From a virus: a DNA stretch of 64,000 nt. Where the stretch lies: IMG/VR virus record IMGVR_UViG_3300046514_000338, positions 10,937 through 74,936 of that record, one strand, 5' to 3'. The position numbers were made by a program, and so were the translations under genes. Positions 58,599 to 64,000 of this stretch are shown here, in pieces. The stretch's first letter is position 1; every line of letters begins with the position of its first letter. The notes beneath the pieces were generated by a model. It was given only the letters and a program-made list of their open reading frames with translations, was not told the DNA's origin and made no database searches.

Positions 58599-59603
58599 TT
58601 ATGCGTCATAAGGCTTGATATAATCTTTAATACACTTATCGCATAGTTCCATTTTATATTCATAAATGTATGTAAGTTTTGCTTTCTCTTGGCAGCATTC
58701 ACAAAGTTGCTTTGTTTTGGTTGCTACCGGGTAATCAGGATAAAAAGTATCATCGCTCCATCCTTTATTGTCGTTCCAGCTTTTATCTTCCATGAAGTTA
58801 TACCTGTCAAATTTGGCTGGCTGAACGCTCTTATACGGCTTATAGGTAAATGTAGGCGCAGTGTATGGCGTGGCATAATATTGTCCCTTTAGTGCCATTA
58901 TAATATCACATACCATGTCTAAACAATCGGAAACGTCAGGTACATTCACATATTCTTTTTCTGTATGCGGGTTATAATAACCGCAGGATATATTTGCCAT
59001 TGCACATTCAATACCTAGTTCCTTTAAAGCCATAACGTCAGTCATCATACCGCTTTCAAACTTATAACCATAAGAGTTGATAATATGATTTACGTCTTTG
59101 CGAAAACGTTTTCCACACAGTTTAACGCCTCCTGCCTTTGTGATAAAATCTCCATAACCCTTGCGGTCACATTGCAGGACAAAACCACAATCACCGAAAA
59201 AAGTTGTATCTGCCTCATAGCTACCGTGACAACCAATTTCCTCATCACGGAAAAATGCCGCCTTAATACAATCGAATTTAGATAGACACTCTAAGGCAAT
59301 AAATACACCTACTTTGTCATCTCCGCCAATACCTGTTTGTTCCATTGTAGCCGCATTAAAGCCAGTAAGGTTGTTACCTACTTCAACTACTGTGAGGTCT
59401 TTGCCAATTTTGTGAACGGTGTCCATATGAGCCACAACACAAGGGTAAAGGTCTGTTTCTCCCTTAGTCACATAAATATTACCCTTCTTAACATAATATG
59501 TGCAGCCTAGTTGTTTAACTTGGCGGATAATATACGCAAACATGCGCCATTGGTTGCCAGAGGTTGTTTGTATCTTCAATACGTTTATTAGTTTTTGTTT
59601 CAT
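58599..59603 (-). CDS. M28/M20-like Zn-dependent peptidase
   Basis: AHMDTV, GGDDK.G, DEEIG..GS, DR.G, N.S.GYY..HT..E metal-ligand set. Confidence 0.85.
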   Translation of the reverse strand: MKQKLINVLKIQTTSGNQWRMFAYIIRQVKQLGCTYYVKKGNIYVTKGETDLYPCVVAHMDTVHKIGKDLTVVEVGNNLTGFNAATMEQTGIGGDDKVGVFIALECLSKFDCIKAAFFRDEEIGCHGSYEADTTFFGDCGFVLQCDRKGYGDFITKAGGVKLCGKRFRKDVNHIINSYGYKFESGMMTDVMALKELGIECAMANISCGYYNPHTEKEYVNVPDVSDCLDMVCDIIMALKGQYYATPYTAPTFTYKPYKSVQPAKFDRYNFMEDKSWNDNKGWSDDTFYPDYPVATKTKQLCECCQEKAKLTYIYEYKMELCDKCIKDYIKPYDA

Positions 59604-60835
59604 GCTTGTTTAAGTTGATAAGTTCCGTTAATAAGTTTTACATCGCTTTCATAATAATAATCACCGTCTACCTTTATCGCTCTCCAAGCGACAATATGAC
59701 TACCGTAATGCTCAGAATATACACAGTCATCAATTAAATAGTAGCAACTATCATAATCAGAATATACAACTTCGTCGTTTAAATAATACGTTCCGTCAAT
59801 TTCTGTGATACCTGAATCACCCACCCAATAATTTCTACCATGTACGTCAACAACGTTATCTATGTGAGTCGTATCACCTCTCCTTTCTCCGCGGTCAACC
59901 TGTGTCGCATTATCTTCGTCAATGTACAATCCGGTTATATCATCATAGATACCGCTGTCATTTTCTTCCCTCTCGCCGTTAGTGTTTTCATATTCATAGA
60001 TACAGCCATCAATTTGTCGATTTGTAAGAAAGCCATCTCCGCCATAACGGAATGTATCTATATAAGGGTAAGAGTCAAAATCTGTAGGGGTGTTAATCAC
60101 AAATGTCTTATTCCTGTAGGTTCCCTCATGGTCTATAAATTCAGTCCGGTTGTCGTAAGTTTTGTAATATCGTTTATACCAATATTTTTGCTGTTTAGCA
60201 TAATCAACGAATTTCTCGTACATAAAATCTTCAGTAACGTAAATTCTATCCATTAATGTAACAGAATCAGCTACCTTCCAGATAAGGGAGCGGCCACATA
60301 ATAACCCCTCTTTATTGGTTAAGGTTAAAATAGACAGTTGTTTGCATTCAGCGTAAATTTTGAATCTCCCGCTGTAGTCATTCATGCAGCTACCATTTAA
60401 ACTGGCATCTCCCTTCGCGCGGTCCATTTGATAAACCGCAGGAATAGCTTTGCAGGGTAGCAAAGTAAAGCGATAACCTTCGTCGATAAAATGTGATTTG
60501 TAAAAGTTAGTGAAACATTCAAAATCCGCGTCCTTCAAAAGTTTTTGCGCTCTTGGTGTAAACAATTTGCGGATAATTTTACCAGCTTTGCCGTTTTGCC
60601 GTCCTTCCCGGCTCCATTCTCCGTTATCGGAAATTAAATGAGGTTTACCTGCCGGTAAATAGCTGATAGTGCCATCAGACCTGAATGTGAGATAATTTAC
60701 CTCGTCTGTAGTTAACAGTAAGTCGTAAACGTTCCATTGGTGCAAATAAGCATGATACAATAGGCGTTGAACGGTTCCCTGAGAAGTTTGGAGGAAGTCT
60801 AAGAATGACTTGGAGTAGAAAATTTGCGTTTTCAT
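59600..60835 (-). CDS. Conserved phage protein with SCM/DRIY/PY.DT motifs and acidic Tyr-rich C-terminal repeats
   Basis: NGSCM, GR.LIW, MDRIY, YPYIDTF; coupled to the peptidase gene. Confidence 0.7.
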   Translation of the reverse strand: MKTQIFYSKSFLDFLQTSQGTVQRLLYHAYLHQWNVYDLLLTTDEVNYLTFRSDGTISYLPAGKPHLISDNGEWSREGRQNGKAGKIIRKLFTPRAQKLLKDADFECFTNFYKSHFIDEGYRFTLLPCKAIPAVYQMDRAKGDASLNGSCMNDYSGRFKIYAECKQLSILTLTNKEGLLCGRSLIWKVADSVTLMDRIYVTEDFMYEKFVDYAKQQKYWYKRYYKTYDNRTEFIDHEGTYRNKTFVINTPTDFDSYPYIDTFRYGGDGFLTNRQIDGCIYEYENTNGEREENDSGIYDDITGLYIDEDNATQVDRGERRGDTTHIDNVVDVHGRNYWVGDSGITEIDGTYYLNDEVVYSDYDSCYYLIDDCVYSEHYGSHIVAWRAIKVDGDYYYESDVKLINGTYQLKQA

Positions 60836-60888
60836 ACCTGACAGTTTTTGTTTTTTAAAAGTTTTGAAATTATTGACTTTGCTTTGCC

Positions 60889-61080
60889 TTAATTTGGCAC
60901 TACAAAATTTCGTTCAAAAAAAATAACTATTTTAAATTTTGCCTTGCCTCGTTTTATCTGATTATACACTGCTGATTCAACAATACTGTTGCTCGTTGCA
61001 TAATCTTTGACTAATACTGCATTTTTTGGTAGTTTGGTAACTACCGGATATTTCCCCTCATTTCGTTTCATTTTATTCAT
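60889..61080 (-). CDS. Small HTH-like DNA-binding protein
   Basis: VKDYA.......AVY.QIKRGK pattern. Confidence 0.5.
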   Translation of the reverse strand: MNKMKRNEGKYPVVTKLPKNAVLVKDYATSNSIVESAVYNQIKRGKAKFKIVIFFERNFVVPN

Positions 61081-61090
61081 GTTTATTTAT

Positions 61091-61121
61091 CAAATGTATG
61101 TTATAAGTTACAATTCACAAA
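61091..61121 (-). promoter_or_regulatory. Bacteroidota promoter overlapped by a TTACAATTCAC motif
   Basis: TTTG-19-TACATTTG. Confidence 0.6.
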
Positions 61122-61132
61122 ATTTATTTTAT

Positions 61133-61576
61133 TTATTTACCAATTCGGTTAAGCCACTGACTTATTTTTTTAAGGGTAGAATGGGACCGGCTATCATTTA
61201 ATTGTGGCTTACCATTCAATTTAATATACTCTGCTGCCTCTTTTAGAATATCGGTCAGTTCCTTATTAGCTTCTTTTAATGCTTCATTCTCTGCCTTTAG
61301 TTTGTCGTAGCCGTTCCAACATTCTACTATGCGGGCTGCTATCTTCTGCAATTCTCGCTGAGTATATTTAGTTTCTTCCTGCTGGGTTGCTTCTTTTTTA
61401 TTAAGTTCATCACACATTTTCTGAATTGTTTTTTTATTACCCCATTTAGTGCCGTAGTTGGGCGGCACATATCCCGCTTTATTGTCATAGACATAAAAAA
61501 CGCCATTCACGCCATAAGGCACATAGGTTTTACTTTCTTCCTGCATAGATTGAGGGGTATTAGTTTGCTGTTTCAT
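61133..61576 (-). CDS. Hypothetical protein
   Basis: A.RIV.C.N motif and coiled coil. Confidence 0.55.
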   Translation of the reverse strand: MKQQTNTPQSMQEESKTYVPYGVNGVFYVYDNKAGYVPPNYGTKWGNKKTIQKMCDELNKKEATQQEETKYTQRELQKIAARIVECWNGYDKLKAENEALKEANKELTDILKEAAEYIKLNGKPQLNDSRSHSTLKKISQWLNRIGK

Positions 61577-61595
61577 GTTGTTTTGTTTAAAGTTT

Positions 61596-61617
61596 AAAAA
61601 TAGGGGCATTTCACCCC
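61596..61617 (-). terminator. Hairpin / possible terminator
   Basis: GGGGTG-AAA-TGCCCC followed by TATTTTT. Confidence 0.5.
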
Positions 61618-61630
61618 GTTAGTTCTGTCG

Positions 61631-61879
61631 TTACTTACTCCTGTAATAGTCCTTAACCATTGCATTGAGTTCTTTTTTTATCTCCCTTGCTTTATCTCCC
61701 TTCCATGTTTGCGCATTTGCTAAAAAATAACTGACTATTGTACTTGCCGGGTCAGCTATGTACATTGAGTTAATATCGCTCAATGTTTGCATTGCATCAA
61801 GATAGGGGACTGCACCAAAATATGGCTTTTTCCAGTCCTGCTTAATGTCGTTTGCAATAACGTTCAATTGCCTTGTCAT
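61631..61879 (-). CDS. Conserved phage early protein of unknown function
   Basis: DW.KPYFGAVPYL.AM...YFL.NA..W.G..AR.IK.EL. Confidence 0.7.
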   Translation of the reverse strand: MTRQLNVIANDIKQDWKKPYFGAVPYLDAMQTLSDINSMYIADPASTIVSYFLANAQTWKGDKAREIKKELNAMVKDYYRSK

Positions 61880-61969
61880 TTGTTTATAGTTTTGAAGTTA
61901 AAAAATTGAAATCAGACACAATGTAACAAGTTAATTACAATTCACCAAATAATGTTTGTTAAGAAAGTG

Positions 61970-62197
61970 TTAACTGTGCTCCAATTCGTTGTTAACCGGG
62001 TTAAAAAATCTGATACTTTGTCCCATTACTTTACCCGTCCTTAAGTCTTTTATTGGTGCAATAATTTTGTACCTGCCGTCATGCTGTTTATAAACTTTAA
62101 AATCTGCCACTCTTTGTCCAAAAAATTTCATTGTTTTAGGAACAAAGAAATAGGGCGCTGTTTCCTGCGTTAGTCTTTTAATGTCATAGATAGTCAT
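61970..62197 (-). CDS. Conserved phage early protein of unknown function
   Basis: YFF...TMKFFGQ motif. Confidence 0.65.
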   Translation of the reverse strand: MTIYDIKRLTQETAPYFFVPKTMKFFGQRVADFKVYKQHDGRYKIIAPIKDLRTGKVMGQSIRFFNPVNNELEHS

Positions 62198-62228
62198 AAA
62201 ATTATAGTTTTAAGTTATTAATTTGTTT

Positions 62229-62280
62229 GGTTAATACAGGATATTAAAATATCCCGTTTCGCTTTGCTCATCAGTTAACC
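62229..62280 (-). ncRNA. Type I hammerhead ribozyme HH1 (minimal stem II)
   Basis: GGUUAA CUGAUGA GC-AAA-GC GAAA CGGGAUAU-UUUA-AUAUCCUG UA^ UUAACC; predicted cut at 62235/62234. Confidence 0.8.
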
Positions 62281-62577
62281 TTAATAATATTTCCTGCAAA
62301 ACTCTTTACCACCTGTTACATATTTGCCTTGTTCAGGATATTCCGGTTTACCAGCGCCTTCCCATTGTTTACAGCCATCTTTTAACCAATGGATATATTG
62401 AAATCCGCGATAATTCCCAGACTGATGTAAAACATATTCAATCGAATGACACAAGGCTTCACAAACCGCATTATATTTGTCAGGAAAATTTATTATTTCA
62501 TGGCTATTATATGCCGATTCAAGTCTAGCGTTAATTTCGTCTTTAAATTTTTTGACGTTAAATGTTTTAGTTGCCAT
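62281..62577 (-). CDS. Conserved phage early protein (between HH2 and HH1)
   Basis: IE.VLH.SGNY.GF.Y motif. Confidence 0.7.
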   Translation of the reverse strand: MATKTFNVKKFKDEINARLESAYNSHEIINFPDKYNAVCEALCHSIEYVLHQSGNYRGFQYIHWLKDGCKQWEGAGKPEYPEQGKYVTGGKEFCRKYY

Positions 62578-62591
62578 AATTTGTATTTTTT

Positions 62592-62651
62592 GGTTAATAC
62601 CTGTCTATAAATATAGACGGGTTTCGAGTAGTTAACTCTCATCAGTTAACC
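62592..62651 (-). ncRNA. Type I hammerhead ribozyme HH2
   Basis: GGUUAA CUGAUGA GAGU-UAACU-ACUC GAAA CCCGUCUAU-AUUU-AUAGACAGG UA^ UUAACC; predicted cut at 62598/62597. Confidence 0.9.
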
Positions 62652-62661
62652 TTTGTTATCA

Positions 62662-63018
62662 TTATAAAATACTTGTTTGGCTAAACTTTTTCGGTTGCAT
62701 CATTGAGCCTATCTCTTTATCTTCCCAGTTGCCGTTATTTACGTCAATCTTTTTGCCTAGTGAACGTACAAAGATTGTCGGCCTAATTGAAAACAAGGCA
62801 TCGAAAAATTCTCCGTGAACGTGCCAGCTAGCCTTAGGCAATCGCCTTCCGGAAAATGAATATCTTGCTCCCGGTTGCCCGCTCTTAGCCTGTAGCGTAA
62901 ATATTACGCGGCCTGCCGTCTTTTGTTCAATCCTGTTAAATGAGATATTGCCGGCGTATTTGGCATTAATAACTTTTAATGCTTGATTCAATTCGCTGAT
63001 AGTTGCATTAGTTGTCAT
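62662..63018 (-). CDS. Conserved phage early protein (between HH3 and HH2)
   Basis: GAR.S.SGRR...A.WH.HG.F..ALF motif. Confidence 0.7.
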   Translation of the reverse strand: MTTNATISELNQALKVINAKYAGNISFNRIEQKTAGRVIFTLQAKSGQPGARYSFSGRRLPKASWHVHGEFFDALFSIRPTIFVRSLGKKIDVNNGNWEDKEIGSMMQPKKFSQTSIL

Positions 63019-63034
63019 AATTTTTGTTTTTTTT

Positions 63035-63096
63035 GGTTAATACCTGCGGTTTATCATTTCGCAGGTTTCGGGCATTCAGCCGCTCTTCAGTTAACC
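63035..63096 (-). ncRNA. Type I hammerhead ribozyme HH3
   Basis: GGUUAA CUGAAGA G(C)GGC-UGAAU-GCCC GAAA CCUGCG-11 nt-CGCAGG UA^ UUAACC; predicted cut at 63041/63040. Confidence 0.88.
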
Positions 63097-63102
63097 TTTC
63101 TT

Positions 63103-63321
63103 TTAAATATTGCCTAGATATTGTTGATAGGCCGCTGATTCCTTCCAAAACGTTTCATAATCGTTGCCATATTGCGAAAGTGCTATTTTCATTATCTCCT
63201 CATCGCCTTCAAAAATTACCAAACTTTTTTCCCAAATTGGGGTCACGTTTAAACATTTCGGAACCGTGTTAAAAAATTTGATACTACGGGCATCTAAAGA
63301 AGAAAATTTAATCGTTGTCAT
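63103..63321 (-). CDS. Hypothetical protein
   Basis: 72 aa ORF with an AT-rich leader; ends 6 nt before HH3. Confidence 0.55.
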   Translation of the reverse strand: MTTIKFSSLDARSIKFFNTVPKCLNVTPIWEKSLVIFEGDEEIMKIALSQYGNDYETFWKESAAYQQYLGNI

Positions 63322-63356
63322 TTTGATAGTTTTTTAAAGTGAATGAATGAAGTTTG

Positions 63357-63382
63357 ATAAAAGAGGGGAAAGTTCCCCTCTT
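63357..63382 (-). terminator. Hairpin / terminator
   Basis: AAGAGGGGA-ACTT-TCCCCTCTT followed by TTAT. Confidence 0.6.
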
Positions 63383-63388
63383 CCGTTG

Positions 63389-63628
63389 TCATCTGTTAAC
63401 CCGTTTTGCAATCAGTTCTATCACTGGTGTGCAACCTATGCCGTGAATCATTGCGCCGAAACCGTTTAGAGCAATATTCACTAAGTGGAAATTAGCGTGA
63501 ATTTCTGACACGCAGACTCCCAGAGGCATGAAGACAAAAACACCAATTAAGACACGGTGCAAAATTGTGTGCTTACTTCCCAATAAATGAGAGCAAATCA
63601 CACGGGGCAAATCAAAGAATTTTTTCAT
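63389..63628 (-). CDS. Small membrane protein
   Basis: HL.G..H...HR..G...M..GV...G..IHGIG.TP; two TM helices. Confidence 0.6.
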   Translation of the reverse strand: MKKFFDLPRVICSHLLGSKHTILHRVLIGVFVFMPLGVCVSEIHANFHLVNIALNGFGAMIHGIGCTPVIELIAKRVNR

Positions 63629-63633
63629 AAGGA

Positions 63634-63786
63634 CTAAAATTTTTGGTTATCGTAAGGGGTTCTAATAACTACCAATAAAATTGGTACCATAGCAACAACG
63701 AGAGCCACAAGGCAGAACGTTGAAGGAAGGAAGAACGCCGAAGTGATAAGCAAAACTGTGATAAGATACAAGTCACAAGTACGCAT
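63634..63786 (-). CDS. Small hydrophobic protein
   Basis: 50 aa, two TM helices, first gene after a promoter. Confidence 0.4.
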   Translation of the reverse strand: MRTCDLYLITVLLITSAFFLPSTFCLVALVVAMVPILLVVIRTPYDNQKF

Positions 63787-63825
63787 ACAGTAAGATTTTA
63801 AAATGAATAAATAACGATAACAGGA

Positions 63826-63860
63826 CAAATGTAAGTTACAAGTCACAAGAAACAATCAAA
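63826..63860 (-). promoter_or_regulatory. Early promoter heading the hammerhead-containing operon
   Basis: TACATTTG -7 box at 63826-63833; TTACAAGTCAC motif in the spacer. Confidence 0.55.
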
Positions 63861-64000
63861 GGTTGCACAAACAACCGAAATGAAAACACCTAACTATGTG
63901 ATTCACATCTCACAAAACATGTATGAATTGTAAAAAAATCTTTGCCGGGTTCCAATGTTGTCGCAAAACACAACACACTAGGGCGCGGCCAATATCTCCC

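Noticed and set aside
62229-63096. GGTTAATAC...CAGTTAACC repeats as a CRISPR array, attC-like sites or terminators
   Set aside because: The spacers are whole genes, there is no cas or integrase gene, and the conserved positions match the hammerhead catalytic core exactly
212-63272. Many short opposite-strand ORFs in the six-frame track (e.g. 1242-1739, 17766-18185, 45560-46039, 63024-63272)
   Set aside because: They are shadows of longer motif-bearing genes, with no independent signals
1-64000. Stop-codon reassignment as in some crAss-like phages
   Set aside because: Long genes are intact under code 11, and TAG and TGA terminate genes at sensible, coupled boundaries

Overview
The window is about 64 kb of a dsDNA tailed phage genome, most likely a podovirus-type phage of a Bacteroidota host. 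Host evidence: TAnnTTTG/TTTG promoters, AT-rich leaders without Shine-Dalgarno motifs, and AxA-Q signal peptides. Layout: (1) 1-8.8 kb, minus strand: T7 gp4/Twinkle-type primase-helicase, a replication-initiator-like gene, many small accessory genes and a structured non-coding island. (2) 8.9-56.4 kb, plus strand: a nine-gene glycosyltransferase/methyltransferase cluster running into GroEL/GroES, then portal, terminase, scaffold, major capsid, neck/tail proteins, large injected polyvalent-type proteins, fibres, a PKD-polysaccharide lyase, many membrane proteins, spanin-like proteins and a CHAP-type endolysin. (3) 56.5-64 kb, minus strand: early genes. The most striking signal is three type I hammerhead ribozymes in consecutive intergenic spacers of the early operon (62.2-63.1 kb). 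They share an identical stem I but have different, still-paired stems II and III, so the transcript should self-cut into single-gene units whose ends can re-form a ribozyme and possibly circularise. No DNA polymerase, RNA polymerase, integrase, intact tRNA or CRISPR array was recognised. Protein family calls come from motif recognition by eye, not from database searches.
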